Notes: generated from the sequence alone by a model not told the origin. Positions 28,820 through 38,733 are shown, counted from the stretch's first letter. The stretch: DNA of 64,000 nt from an uncultured Chloroflexia bacterium (GCA_963703345.1 OY969814.1:2048001-2112000), one strand, 5' to 3'. A program made the numbers and translations.

Positions 28820-29872
28820 ATGACTGACGGAGACAAGAGTCAGGCGCTGGAGATGGCCATCGGCCACATCGAGAAGCAGTTCGGCAGAGGCGCCATTATG
28901 CGCCTGGGCGAGGCGTCGGCGCACCTCCAGATCGAAGCGATTCCCACCGGATCGATTTCGCTGGATATGGCGCTCGGCATCGGCGGCATACCGCGCGGGC
29001 GGGTGACGGAGATATTCGGGCCGGAGTCGGCGGGCAAGTCGACGCTGGCGCAGCACATCATCGCCGAGGCGCAGAAGACGGGCGGCACGGCGGCCTACAT
29101 CGACGTCGAGCACGCCCTCGACCCGACCTACGCCGGGGCCTGCGGCATCAAGATCGACGACCTGCTGGTGTCGCAGCCGGACACCGGCGAGCAGGCGCTG
29201 GAGATCACCGAGGCGCTGGTGCGCAGCAACGCCGTCGACGTCATCGTCATCGACAGCGTGGCCGCGCTGGTGCCGCGGGCGGAGATCGAAGGCGACATGG
29301 GCGATTCGCTTCCCGGCCTCCAGGCGCGGCTCATGTCGCAGGCGATGCGCAAGCTGTCGGCGGCGATCGCCCGCTCGCGCACGGCGGTCATTTTCATCAA
29401 CCAGCTTCGCGAGAAGGTGGGCATCGTCTTCGGCAACCCGGAGGTGACGCCCGGCGGTCGCGCGCTCAAGTTCTACAGCTCCGTCCGCATCGACCTGCGG
29501 CGCATCGAGAGCCTGAAGCAGGGGCAGCAGTTCATCGGCAGCCGCGTGCGGGCGAAGGTCGTGAAGAACAAGGTCGCGCCGCCCTTCCGCCTGGCCGAGT
29601 TCGACATCATGTTCGTCGGCAAGGACCTGGGCATCAGCCGCCAGGGCGACATCCTGGACCTGGCGGTGGACATGGGCATTGTCAAGAAGATGGGCGCCTT
29701 CTTCAGCTACGGTGAGCAGCGCCTGGGGCAGGGCCGGGAGAACGCGAAGGACTTCCTGCGCGAGAACCCGGAGCTGACGAGTGAAATCGAGTCCAAGATC
29801 AGGAGCGGCAGCGGCAACGGTGTCGCAGCGCCGGCGCCGGAGCTGGAAGAGGCGACCGAGCCATCATTGTAA
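28820..29872 (+). CDS. recA: Recombinase RecA
   Basis: [45 protein letters not shown]. Confidence 0.99.
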   Translation: MTDGDKSQALEMAIGHIEKQFGRGAIMRLGEASAHLQIEAIPTGSISLDMALGIGGIPRGRVTEIFGPESAGKSTLAQHIIAEAQKTGGTAAYIDVEHALDPTYAGACGIKIDDLLVSQPDTGEQALEITEALVRSNAVDVIVIDSVAALVPRAEIEGDMGDSLPGLQARLMSQAMRKLSAAIARSRTAVIFINQLREKVGIVFGNPEVTPGGRALKFYSSVRIDLRRIESLKQGQQFIGSRVRAKVVKNKVAPPFRLAEFDIMFVGKDLGISRQGDILDLAVDMGIVKKMGAFFSYGEQRLGQGRENAKDFLRENPELTSEIESKIRSGSGNGVAAPAPELEEATEPSL

Positions 29873-29891
29873 GGCATTCACGGTTTCGAAC

Positions 29892-29924
29892 GAGGGGCCG
29901 GGCCGGCGGGGCGCGGCCCTTTTC
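29892..29924 (+). terminator. Hairpin/attenuator between recA and recX
   Basis: AGGGGCCG...CGGCCCTTTT. Confidence 0.55.
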
Positions 29925-29942
29925 ACTTCAAGGAAGGCAATC

Positions 29943-30575
29943 GTGATCATCACCGGCGTGGAGCGGCAGCGAGGACGACGGCGCGTCAACGTGTTCGTCG
30001 ACGGGCGGTACGCGCTGTCGCTGGGGCGCAGCTTCGCGCAGGAGAAGGGGCTGCACGCCAGCATGGCCATCGACGAGGCCGGGCTGCAGGAACTGCGCGT
30101 CGAGGATGAGCGCCGCGCCGCTTACGACGCCGCCATCCGTCTCCTCTCCTATCGACCACGCAGCGAACGGGAGATGCGCCAGCGCCTCCGTCGCCTCAAC
30201 ATCTCGCCTGAAGTGATCGATGAGACGGTGGCGAGGCTGCTGGCGTCGCACTACCTCGACGACGCCGCCTTCGCCGAGTTCTGGCGCGAGAGCCGCGAGA
30301 ACGTGAGCCCTCGCAGCGGCCGCCTCATCCGTAGCGAGCTCCTCTTCAAGGGCGTGAACGCGGACACAGCAACGACGGCGGTAGACGGCCTCGACGAGGA
30401 GGAGTCGGCGTACCGCGCGGCGTCGAAGCGGCTGAAGTCGCTGGCGGGCGCCGACTACGACGGCTTCCGGCGACGTCTGGGCGGTTTCCTCACGCGGCGC
30501 GGCTTCGGCTACGAGACGGTGCGCCGGACGCTGGAGCGCTGCTGGCGAGAAACGGGCGCCGACGCATTCTCCTAA
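29943..30575 (+). CDS. recX: Regulatory protein RecX
   Basis: LLSYRPRSEREMRQRL, YLDDAAFA, ELLFKGV, FLTRRGF; follows recA. Confidence 0.93.
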   Translation: MIITGVERQRGRRRVNVFVDGRYALSLGRSFAQEKGLHASMAIDEAGLQELRVEDERRAAYDAAIRLLSYRPRSEREMRQRLRRLNISPEVIDETVARLLASHYLDDAAFAEFWRESRENVSPRSGRLIRSELLFKGVNADTATTAVDGLDEEESAYRAASKRLKSLAGADYDGFRRRLGGFLTRRGFGYETVRRTLERCWRETGADAFS

Positions 30576-30612
30576 ACGAGGTTTCTCCGACATCCAGCGA
30601 GCCCCGTTTTTC

Positions 30613-30641
30613 TTGACAGAGCGATTGGCTGAGCCTATCAT
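30613..30641 (+). promoter_or_regulatory. Sigma70-type promoter for rny
   Basis: TTGACA-N17-TATCAT. Confidence 0.7.
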
Positions 30642-30704
30642 GAGGGGCAGAAGTTCACCTTCTGAACCTTCACAATTTATCGGTTTTAGCTACAGGAAAG
30701 CGAG

Positions 30705-32243
30705 GTGACAATGCCCGCAGCCATCGCGATTATCCTCGTTGGGATTCTAGCGCTGGCGGTCGGGGCTCTCGTTGGTTACAACACAAGGCTCAGGATCAAT
30801 CAAACGCAGCTTGCCGCAGCGGAGCGGAATGCTGCCAAGATCCTTTCGGAGGCACAGACAAGACAAAAGGAGATCCTTCTAGAAGCCAAAGAGGAGGCTA
30901 TGCGTGCCCGCGCTCAGGGCGAAACCGAGATCAGGGAACGGCGCTCTGAGCTGCAAAAGTCGGAACAACGCCTCACTCAAAAAGAAGAGAGCCTGGATCG
31001 CAAGATTGAGGCCCTGGAGCGTCGCACCACTGCCCTATCCGATCAGGAGAAGGCGCTGGAAACAACGCGGCAGGAGCTCCAGGAGCTTCACCAGAAGCAA
31101 TTAGCGGAGATAGAAAGAGTCTCCGGCCTCACCAGCCAGGAGGCCCGCGAAATCCTCCTCTCGGAAGTAGAGAAGGAGGTGCGGACCGAAGCCAACCGCA
31201 GGGTGAAACTGGTGGAGGCGGAGGTCAAAGAAGAGGGCGACGAGCGCGCCCGCAAGGTCCTTGTCGCCGCCATACAGCGGCTCAGTACTGACGTGACCTC
31301 GGAGTCCACCGTCAGCGTCGTCCCCATACCGAGCGACGACATGAAGGGCCGCATCATCGGTCGCGAGGGGCGCAACATACGCGCCCTGGAGGCGGCAACC
31401 GGCGTCGATCTCATCATCGACGACACGCCGGACGCCGTCACGCTGTCCGCCTTCGACCCGGTGCGCCGTGAGATCGCGCGCGTCGCCCTCACGCGCCTGG
31501 TGACGGATGGCCGGATCCACCCTACTCGGATAGAAGAGGTGGTAGAGAAGGCGCGCCAGGAGGTGGACGCCGACATCAAGCTGGCCGGCGAACAGGCGGC
31601 GGTGGACGCCGGCTGCCCCGGCCTGCACCCGGAGCTCTTGAAGACGCTCGGCCGGCTGCGTTACCGGACGAGCTACGGCCAGAACCAGCTGAAGCACGCC
31701 GTCGAATGCGCCCACGTCTGCGGCATGATTGCGGACGAGATCGGCGCCGACGTGCGGGTTTCCCGACGCGCCGGCCTCCTGCACGACATCGGCAAGGCGC
31801 TGGACCACGACATCGAGGGCACGCATGCCCTTCTTGGCGCGGACCTGCTGCGTCGATTCGGCATGAGCCCCGCCGTCGTGCACGCCGTAGCCGCGCACCA
31901 CGAGGAGGAGGAGCCGCAGTCGGTGGAGGCGGTCATCGTTCAGGTGTCTGACTCCGTCAGCGGCGGACGTCCCGGAGCGCGGCGCGAGACGCTGGAGCAC
32001 TACATCAAGCGAATGCAGTCGCTGGAGGCGGTCGCGCACGAGTTCAAGGGCGTCGAGAAAGCGTTCGCCATCCAGGCCGGCCGCGAGATCCGGATAATTG
32101 TAAAGCCGGAAGAGATCGACGACCTTGAGTCGATGCGGCTGGCGCGCGACATCAGTCGCAAGATCGAAGAGACGCTGGAATACCCCGGGCAGGTGAAGGT
32201 CACAGTCGTAAGGGAAACCCGAGCTGTGGAGTATGCCCGCTAG
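30705..32243 (+). CDS. rny: Ribonuclease Y
   Basis: N-terminal TM, coiled coil, KH (MKGRIIGREGRNIR), HD (LLHDIGK), YPGQVKVTVVRE. Confidence 0.98.
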   Translation: MTMPAAIAIILVGILALAVGALVGYNTRLRINQTQLAAAERNAAKILSEAQTRQKEILLEAKEEAMRARAQGETEIRERRSELQKSEQRLTQKEESLDRKIEALERRTTALSDQEKALETTRQELQELHQKQLAEIERVSGLTSQEAREILLSEVEKEVRTEANRRVKLVEAEVKEEGDERARKVLVAAIQRLSTDVTSESTVSVVPIPSDDMKGRIIGREGRNIRALEAATGVDLIIDDTPDAVTLSAFDPVRREIARVALTRLVTDGRIHPTRIEEVVEKARQEVDADIKLAGEQAAVDAGCPGLHPELLKTLGRLRYRTSYGQNQLKHAVECAHVCGMIADEIGADVRVSRRAGLLHDIGKALDHDIEGTHALLGADLLRRFGMSPAVVHAVAAHHEEEEPQSVEAVIVQVSDSVSGGRPGARRETLEHYIKRMQSLEAVAHEFKGVEKAFAIQAGREIRIIVKPEEIDDLESMRLARDISRKIEETLEYPGQVKVTVVRETRAVEYAR

Positions 32244-32320
32244 CAAGAGAGGGAGCGGAGTCAGTCGCTAGAGGCGGCTAATCGAGGGATAGACCCGCTC
32301 CCTATCTCTGTGTCCGCGAG

Positions 32321-33106
32321 GTGCGCTTGAAGGTCCTGATGGTGGGAGACGCAGTGGGCCGGACCGGCCGCGAGGCGCTGGCGACGCTGCTACCCGCGCT
32401 CCGTCGCGAGCTGGCGGTCGATGTCGTCATCGCTAATGGCGAAAACGCCGCCGCCGGACGCGGCATAATGCCGAACGAGGCTGAGGAGTTCTTTCGCTGC
32501 GGCGTCGATGTAATCACCACGGGCAACCATGTCTGGGACCAGAAACAGATAATCCCCTACCTTGATTCCGGCGCGCCGATCCTGCGGCCGCTGAACTATC
32601 CGCCCGGCGTTCCCGGACGCGGCATTCTTCAGCAGGACGCCTTCACCATCATCAACCTGCAGGGACGCGTGTTCATGGTGGATATCGACGACCCGTTTCG
32701 AATCGTCGACCGGGCGCTGGCGGACCTTCGTGACGGCGCCGTCGTCATTGTCGACATGCACGCGGAGGCGACGAGCGAGAAGATGGCGATGGGCTGGTAT
32801 CTGGATGGGCGAGTGAGCGCGGTACTGGGGACGCACACGCATGTGCCGACGGCGGACGCGCGCGTTCTGCCTCGGGGAACGGCCTTCGTCTGCGACGTCG
32901 GCATGACGGGCGCGCGCGATTCCGTCATCGGCGACAACGTCGAAGGTGTGCTCCAGCGCTTCCTGACGGCGATGCCGGTGCGGTTGCAACCCGCAAGCGG
33001 GCCGGCAATTCTCAACTCCGTCCTGGTCGACATCGATGAGCAGACCGGGCGGGCGCGAAGCATCGTCCGCGTGGATAGGGAAACCGGCGGTGACCAGCAG
33101 AGCTGA
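32321..33106 (+). CDS. ymdB: YmdB-family metallophosphoesterase
   Basis: GDAVG, NGENAA, TTGNH, DMHAEATSEK, GTHTHV, DVGMTG; follows rny. Confidence 0.94.
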   Translation: MRLKVLMVGDAVGRTGREALATLLPALRRELAVDVVIANGENAAAGRGIMPNEAEEFFRCGVDVITTGNHVWDQKQIIPYLDSGAPILRPLNYPPGVPGRGILQQDAFTIINLQGRVFMVDIDDPFRIVDRALADLRDGAVVIVDMHAEATSEKMAMGWYLDGRVSAVLGTHTHVPTADARVLPRGTAFVCDVGMTGARDSVIGDNVEGVLQRFLTAMPVRLQPASGPAILNSVLVDIDEQTGRARSIVRVDRETGGDQQS

Positions 33107-33941
33107 CTTCCATACTCATACGAACGCCTCGGACGGCAAACTGACGCCGACGGCGCTGGTCCGACTAGCCATGTCGCGAGGCCTCAGCATACTGGGCGTG
33201 ACGGACCATGACTCGACGGAAGGCATCCCCGAGGCGCTGGCGGCGGCGGCGGAGTACCCCGGCTTCACGCTGGTGCCGGGCGTCGAGATGAGCACGGACA
33301 TACCGGGCGACGAAGTGCACGTCCTCGGCTTCTTCATCGACCCCGAGGACGCCGCCTTTCAAAAAGCGCTGCGTGATCTGCGGACGGCGCGTCGGGACCG
33401 CGGGCGGATGATGGTGGAGAAGCTGCACGCCTTGGGCATCGACATACCGTGGGAGCGCGTGGAGCAGATGGCGGGTGACGCCTCGGTGGGACGGCCGCAC
33501 GTGGCGCAGGTGCTGCTGGAGAAGGGATATGTGTCGTCGTTCCAGGAGGCCTTCGACCGCTACATCGGCAGGAACGGGCCGGCCTACGCGGAGCGAGTCA
33601 AGCTGACGCCGGCCGAGGCAATCGAGATGCTGGCGAAAGCGGGCACCCTGCCGGTGCTGGCTCATCCGGCGAGCCTGTCGAATCTCGACGACCTGCTCGA
33701 GGAGCTGAAGGCGGTGGGCATGGTAGGAATGGAGGTCTACTACCAGGACTACGACCGAAATACTCTGGCTCGCCTCGCTGCCGCGGCGGAGCGATACGGC
33801 CTGCTGAAGCTGGGTGGCAGCGACTTTCACGGCATCGGCGGCCCGCGGGAGCGCCTCCCCGGCGATATTCCGCTCCCTGACGAAGCCGTCGACGAATTCA
33901 TGTCGGCGGCGCGACGGTTGATCTCTGCTCGAAAGGGATAG
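33090..33941 (+). CDS. PHP-domain protein (TrpH/YciV-like)
   Basis: DFHTHTNASDG, TDHD, GVEMS, GRPH, AHP, GGSDFHG. Confidence 0.93.
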   Translation: MTSRADFHTHTNASDGKLTPTALVRLAMSRGLSILGVTDHDSTEGIPEALAAAAEYPGFTLVPGVEMSTDIPGDEVHVLGFFIDPEDAAFQKALRDLRTARRDRGRMMVEKLHALGIDIPWERVEQMAGDASVGRPHVAQVLLEKGYVSSFQEAFDRYIGRNGPAYAERVKLTPAEAIEMLAKAGTLPVLAHPASLSNLDDLLEELKAVGMVGMEVYYQDYDRNTLARLAAAAERYGLLKLGGSDFHGIGGPRERLPGDIPLPDEAVDEFMSAARRLISARKG

Positions 33942-33970
33942 CGAACGCCCTCAGTTCGAGAGCGACGACG

Positions 33971-34627
33971 TCAGGGGGGTCCATAGTAGACGTTCACGGG
34001 CACCCAGTCGAGGTAGAAGCTGCGGCCGCTGCATCCGCCGCCGCTGCAGTTGCAGGTGAGGCGGACGCGGAAGCTGGTGTTGCTCAGGTCGTTGAGAGTC
34101 CAGCTGTGGCCCCAGGTGTCGCTTGAGCCGCCGAGTAGGCCGGTGTGCTCGTCCTTGCTCTCGGCCGTGTCCGTGTACGGCGCCGTCCAGGTACTGCCGC
34201 CGTCCCACGAGAGCTCCGCGGATACGCTGCTGGAGCCGCCTATCGCGTCGACCCACCAGTCCAGGCGCACTTCGATTCCCTTCACCGCGCAGTAACTGGC
34301 GATATTGACGCCGTAATCGTAGAAGCGATGGCGATCTCCAGGGCCGGCGATGTTGCTGGCGTAGCCGCCGCCGTCGGCATAGGCGTCGGTTGGGTTCAGC
34401 TCGAAGCCGTCGCCGTTGCCGCCGGTGTCAGCCGCGTTGGCTGACGGATCAAGCAAGCCGGTGCTTCCGGAGGTGCAGAAAGACGCGGCGCTGGTGAAGG
34501 TGTTGCCGGAGTTGTCGGCCTGATCGGTGGAGATGCCGAGGCCATTGACGATGGCAGCGGTGAGACTCGAAACAGCGAGCGCCATCGCCAGGACAGCCAG
34601 CATCCCCGGTCGGATGAGCATCAGCAT
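33971..34627 (-). CDS. Secreted protein with SipW-type signal peptide
   Basis: Hydrophobic N-terminus followed by STDQADNSGNTFTSA, matching the TasA-like neighbour; beta-rich Cys-containing body. Confidence 0.75.
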   Translation of the reverse strand: MLMLIRPGMLAVLAMALAVSSLTAAIVNGLGISTDQADNSGNTFTSAASFCTSGSTGLLDPSANAADTGGNGDGFELNPTDAYADGGGYASNIAGPGDRHRFYDYGVNIASYCAVKGIEVRLDWWVDAIGGSSSVSAELSWDGGSTWTAPYTDTAESKDEHTGLLGGSSDTWGHSWTLNDLSNTSFRVRLTCNCSGGGCSGRSFYLDWVPVNVYYGPP

Positions 34628-34690
34628 CGCCTCCCACCGGCTAGGCGCTCCCGGCAATCAGCGTTGAGGCGAGCAGGAGGTTCGCGCGGT

Positions 34691-35263
34691 CTAGCATTGC
34701 GGCTCCTCGCTGAAGTAGGGGACTGGCGCTGCCCCCTTCCACGTTTGCCAGAGGACGATTCCGGTCAGCAACGTCGCCGGGAGGAAGAGCAGGAAGACGT
34801 GACCGGCGAAGCTGCGGGCGAAGTGCACGAGGTAACCGACGCAGGGAATGCTGAAGACGACGCGATCACCGGCGCCCTGGAGGGTCACGGGCTGCGGATC
34901 AGGGTCTTCGTTGGCGTCGCCGCGAGTGACGAACTTACGTGTGCCGTCGCTGGTGTCGATCTCGATGATGCGGTGCAGTATCGGAAGCGAGCGCGAGGAG
35001 CGCTTTATGGCGACGATGTCGCCCACTTGGATCGCGGCTGGATCAATCTTCCTGGTGATGCCGATGCTGCCGTTGGAGAGGGCCGAGCCCATGCTGCCGC
35101 CATAGACGACGTAGGCGCGGTAGCCGAAGAGGGCGAGAATTGAGGGGACGACCAGCAGGACGATGATGGCCAGCGCCGCGACCAGGTACGCCCAGCCGGC
35201 AAGGGCAAGGCCCTTGCTCAGCGGGACAAGTCGTCGGTGCAGGTCAGGGAACCAGCGCGGCAT
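34691..35263 (-). CDS. sipW: Signal peptidase I, ER/archaeal type (SipW)
   Basis: VVYGGSM (Ser), GDIV, ILHRII (His), TRGDAN..PD, IPCVGY; flanking TMs. Confidence 0.88.
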   Translation of the reverse strand: MPRWFPDLHRRLVPLSKGLALAGWAYLVAALAIIVLLVVPSILALFGYRAYVVYGGSMGSALSNGSIGITRKIDPAAIQVGDIVAIKRSSRSLPILHRIIEIDTSDGTRKFVTRGDANEDPDPQPVTLQGAGDRVVFSIPCVGYLVHFARSFAGHVFLLFLPATLLTGIVLWQTWKGAAPVPYFSEEPQC

Positions 35264-35294
35264 CCTTACCTCCAGCCCCTTACCCAGGCGTCTC

Positions 35295-35858
35295 TTACGG
35301 GTTGTTCGTCGTCTGCTCCGCTGCGAACGTGAACGTCGCGGTCGTGGCGGCGCTTTCAGGTCCGGTGGCGTTGTCCGGGAGCGTCACCTTGAAGCACAGG
35401 TCCTCGCTGGTGCTCGCGTCGAGCGTCCGGTCGCCGTCGTCGCCGCCCGTCGTCGGGTCGCCGATGAAGCCGCTCGCGAGCGTCCCGGTGTAGAGCGTGG
35501 TGCCGTTGAACGTCGAGCAGTCGGTGCCCTTCTCCTTGATGACCAGCGTCAGAGCATCGCGAAGGTTCTTGCTGTCGGTGTTCGTGGCGACCGTGGTCAT
35601 CGCGTAGCGGAGTTGGAGCGAGCCGCCGTTAGAGATCGTCAGTTGGTGGGTCACAGTATCGCCGGGCGCCATGTTGCTCATGGTGATGAAGGCCGTGGGC
35701 GGAAATGCAGGACTCGTGCTGATTATGACGCTGCCGCTGGTGAACGTGTTGCTGCCGTTGTCAACGCTCTGGGTGAAGAGGGACAGTCCGCCCCCCAGGC
35801 TGACGCAAGCGGCAAGAGTGCTGATGGCTATCAGGCTTATGAGAATCCGTCTAATCAT
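35295..35858 (-). CDS. TasA/camelysin (CalY)-family secreted protein
   Basis: Signal peptide ending GGGLSLFT..NTFTSG, NMAPGDTV..LTISNGGSL, C-terminal FTFAAEQ. Confidence 0.85.
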   Translation of the reverse strand: MIRRILISLIAISTLAACVSLGGGLSLFTQSVDNGSNTFTSGSVIISTSPAFPPTAFITMSNMAPGDTVTHQLTISNGGSLQLRYAMTTVATNTDSKNLRDALTLVIKEKGTDCSTFNGTTLYTGTLASGFIGDPTTGGDDGDRTLDASTSEDLCFKVTLPDNATGPESAATTATFTFAAEQTTNNP

Positions 35859-36191
35859 TGTCGTACGCCCCCTCTCCGGAGGGCTTGGCGGCTCCAGCCT
35901 CCCTTACGCCCGAGCCGGAAGCCTTTCGTCCCATCCGCGGGCCGTTCCAGGGCGCCCCGGCGGGACCTGCCACCTCCCTGTCGCAAGAAGCGTTCCTTCT
36001 CTCGTTTCTCGTCGAGTCGGACGGCTTTCGCCGTGAGACTCCACCGATGAGCGTATGCCGTTAGACATACGTTTCCTGTTGCAGTATCGGTAGGGGAAGA
36101 GAAATGTAAAGGGTGACGCTACTCAATTATGGAAGACCGGTGCGATAATAGCGGATGAACACGCCTGGGAAGCCATGAGGAGAGATTCAAG

Positions 36192-36680
36192 ATGCAGTGC
36201 GCGACACATCCAGATGTTGAGACGGAGCTGGCTTGCAGCCGCTGCGGCAAGCCGATCTGCCCGCGCTGTCTGGTGTACACGCCTGTAGGCGCGCGCTGTC
36301 GCGAGTGCGCCCATCTGCGCCGCATACCGACGTATGATGTGGCGCTGCCTTACCTTCTGAGAGCGATCGGAGTTGCGGTGGTCGGCGGCGTTCTCGGCGG
36401 GCTACTGTGGTGGCTCCTGCTGCCGCGCCGGGGATCAATCGTCTCCTACTTTGCGTTGTTCTTCGCACTGGGATTAGGCTACGCGATCGGCGAGGCGGTT
36501 AGCTGGGCGTCGAACCGGAAGCGGGGAGCCGTGCTTCAGGGGACGGCGGCCTGCGGCATCGTCATCGCCTATCTCCTCCGAAACGTCCTGCAGGGCTCGG
36601 GGCTGCTGGCTGCGAACGACCTCTTCGGCTACGTGACGGTGGGTCTGGCGATTGTGGTGGCTATCGGGCGTCTTCGCTAG
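36192..36680 (+). CDS. B-box-like zinc finger membrane protein
   Basis: CATHP..ET.LACSRCGKPICPRC..TPVGARCREC followed by four TMs. Confidence 0.85.
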   Translation: MQCATHPDVETELACSRCGKPICPRCLVYTPVGARCRECAHLRRIPTYDVALPYLLRAIGVAVVGGVLGGLLWWLLLPRRGSIVSYFALFFALGLGYAIGEAVSWASNRKRGAVLQGTAACGIVIAYLLRNVLQGSGLLAANDLFGYVTVGLAIVVAIGRLR

Positions 36681-36738
36681 TGTTCGGTTGCGGCGAGTCG
36701 AAAGCCGACGCTGGAAAGCCTCGGCTACGGTCTTCTGT

Positions 36739-37005
36739 CTACCGGAAGACGAGGGACAGGACAACGATCAGCGTCATCATGCAAGCCATGAAGACTAAAA
36801 TGCGTCGGAGCTCCCTGCCGACGTAGCTGAAATCCATCATACCGGGCACACGGCGCGCCGGGGCCGCCGGCGTCGAGGGCGCTTCGGCGACTTTCGTGGC
36901 GCTGGAGATGGGTGCGACCCGCGCGCGTGCTGCGGCAGGCGGCGGAACCAGGCGCCTTCGTCCTTTCCGTTTGTCGCGAGGCCTGCCGGCCGGTTGTCTG
37001 CTCAT
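36739..37005 (-). CDS. Small hypothetical membrane protein
   Basis: GGAGG RBS; basic N-terminus, DFSYVGRELRRI plus C-terminal TM. Confidence 0.65.
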   Translation of the reverse strand: MSRQPAGRPRDKRKGRRRLVPPPAAARARVAPISSATKVAEAPSTPAAPARRVPGMMDFSYVGRELRRILVFMACMMTLIVVLSLVFR

Positions 37006-37107
37006 CCGCTCCTCCGCCTTGAATCAGCTCCTGCTGGGATTATACATCGGCGAGATGCGAGGGACAACGAAAGGCGGCAATTGGGGTCGAAGGGATAGAC
37101 GGATGAA

Positions 37108-37184
37108 TGGTGCGCCCGGCGGGATTCGAACCCACGGCCTCAGCCTCCGCAGGGCTGCGCTCTATCCAGCTGAGCTACGAGCGC
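37108..37184 (-). tRNA. tRNA-Arg(GCG)
   Basis: Cloverleaf GCGCTCG...CGGGCGC-ACCA; anticodon arm CAGCC-CT-GCG-GA-GGCTG. Confidence 0.95.
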
Positions 37185-37236
37185 CCAATCAACAATCAAG
37201 CGACGGGCAGTCGGCCCGTCTCGATTCGCTTTTCAA

Positions 37237-37322
37237 TGGTGCCGAAGGTGGGATTTGAACCCACACGCCCTTGCGGACACTACGCCCTGAACGTAGCGCG
37301 TCTGCCATTCCGCCACTTCGGC
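37237..37322 (-). tRNA. tRNA-Leu(CAG)
   Basis: Anticodon arm CTACG-TT-CAG-GG-CGTAG, long variable arm, encoded CCA. Confidence 0.96.
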
Positions 37323-37332
37323 AGGGCATGCA

Positions 37333-37409
37333 TGGTGGGCGGTACAGGGCTCGAACCTGTGACCTCTTCCGTGTGAAGGAAGCGCTCGTTCCAACTGAGC
37401 TAACCGCCC
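37333..37409 (-). tRNA. tRNA-Val(CAC)
   Basis: Anticodon arm CTTCC-TT-CAC-AC-GGAAG, encoded CCA. Confidence 0.96.
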
Positions 37410-37423
37410 TCTTCCCGCTCACG

Positions 37424-37452
37424 ATTCTATCTAACGAGGAGGGGGCTGTCAA
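37424..37452 (-). promoter_or_regulatory. Promoter of the Val-Leu-Arg tRNA operon
   Basis: TTGACA-N17-TAGAAT on the minus strand. Confidence 0.75.
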
Positions 37453-37515
37453 CCGAAAAGCTTCGATGACGAGGTTCGCTGCGAGCGGCAGAAGACGCGT
37501 TTCGGGCTGCGTTGA

Positions 37516-38733
37516 CTAGGCGGAGGGAGTCGCCAGCGCGGCCTGGTAATCGCGCCAGCGCTCCTCCAGACGCGGGTCTTTCAGCGTCGCGAGGACGTAA
37601 TCGGTGAACTCACAGCCCTTGACGCCGGTCGGCCGGCCCGTGACGACCATCTTCTTCTCGAACGTGTCGCAAATCTCCAGGGCCATCTCCAGGCGGCGGC
37701 CGCGGTCGGCGAAACCGATGTGATTGAGGAGCATGGCGCCGGCGCGTATGAGGCCGCTGGGGTCGGCGTACTCCACGCGTCCTTCCTCGACCATGCGGGG
37801 CGCGCTGCCGTGAATGGCTTCGAACATGGCGTAGTGGCGGCCGATGTTGGCGCTGCCGGCGGTGCCGACGCCGCCCTGGAGCTCGGCGGCCTCGTCGGTA
37901 AGGATGTCGCCGTAGAGGTTGGGTAGGACGACAACGCGGAAGTGGGAGCGGCGCTTAGGGTCGACGAGTTTGGCCGGGATTATGTCAATATACCAGTCAT
38001 CCCACTCGATCTCAGGGTAGGCGGCGGCAATCCGCCTCGCCGTCTCGAGAAACTTGCCGTCGGTGGTCTTGATTACGTTGGCCTTGGTTACGACGGTGAC
38101 TCGTTTCTTGTCGTGCTTGCGCGCGTAGTCGAAGGCCATCTCGATGATGCGCTCGCTGCCCTGACTCGTCACCGCCGTGAAGTCGAAGGCGAGGTCATCT
38201 GTGACGTGGATGCCGCGGCTGCCCATAACGTAGGCGCCCTCGGTGTTCTCGCGGAAGAACGTCCAGTCGATGCCCTGGGCTGGGATCCTGACGGGGCGAA
38301 CGTTGGCGAAGAGGTCGAGGGCGCGGCGCATGGCGACGTTGGCGCTCTCGATGTTGGGCCAGGGGTCGCCGGCGCGCGGCGTGGTTGTGGGCGCCTTGAG
38401 GATAACGTGACAGCGCTTTAGCTCGTCGAGCACGTCGTCGGGGATGGCCTTGAGCTGGGCGGCGCGGTTTTCGATGGTGAGGCCGTCGATTGTCCTAAAG
38501 ACGATATCGCCGCGCTCCACTTCTGGCGCGAGGATGAACTCGAGGACGCGCTGCGATTCGCGGGAGATGTAGGGACCGATGCCGTCGCCGCCGCAGACGC
38601 CGATGACGAGCGGCCGGAGCGTCGAGTAGTCGACCCAGCCGTTGTCGGCCTTCATGCGGTCGACACGCGTTAGCTGCTCTTCGACTAGGGTCGCAAAGTG
38701 CTGTTTTGCCCGTTCGACGGCTTCTCTATCCAT
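37516..38733 (-). CDS. Isocitrate/isopropylmalate dehydrogenase family protein
   Basis: GDGIGP, LKAPTTTP, LDLFANVRP, RENTEG, TKANV, NLYGDILTD, FEAIHGSAP. Confidence 0.93.
   Translation of the reverse strand: MDREAVERAKQHFATLVEEQLTRVDRMKADNGWVDYSTLRPLVIGVCGGDGIGPYISRESQRVLEFILAPEVERGDIVFRTIDGLTIENRAAQLKAIPDDVLDELKRCHVILKAPTTTPRAGDPWPNIESANVAMRRALDLFANVRPVRIPAQGIDWTFFRENTEGAYVMGSRGIHVTDDLAFDFTAVTSQGSERIIEMAFDYARKHDKKRVTVVTKANVIKTTDGKFLETARRIAAAYPEIEWDDWYIDIIPAKLVDPKRRSHFRVVVLPNLYGDILTDEAAELQGGVGTAGSANIGRHYAMFEAIHGSAPRMVEEGRVEYADPSGLIRAGAMLLNHIGFADRGRRLEMALEICDTFEKKMVVTGRPTGVKGCEFTDYVLATLKDPRLEERWRDYQAALATPSA

Noticed and set aside
21169-29872. Inteins or introns in the RNRs and RecA
   Set aside because: Lengths are normal, catalytic motifs are contiguous, and no C/S...HN splice motifs or LAGLIDADG segments were seen
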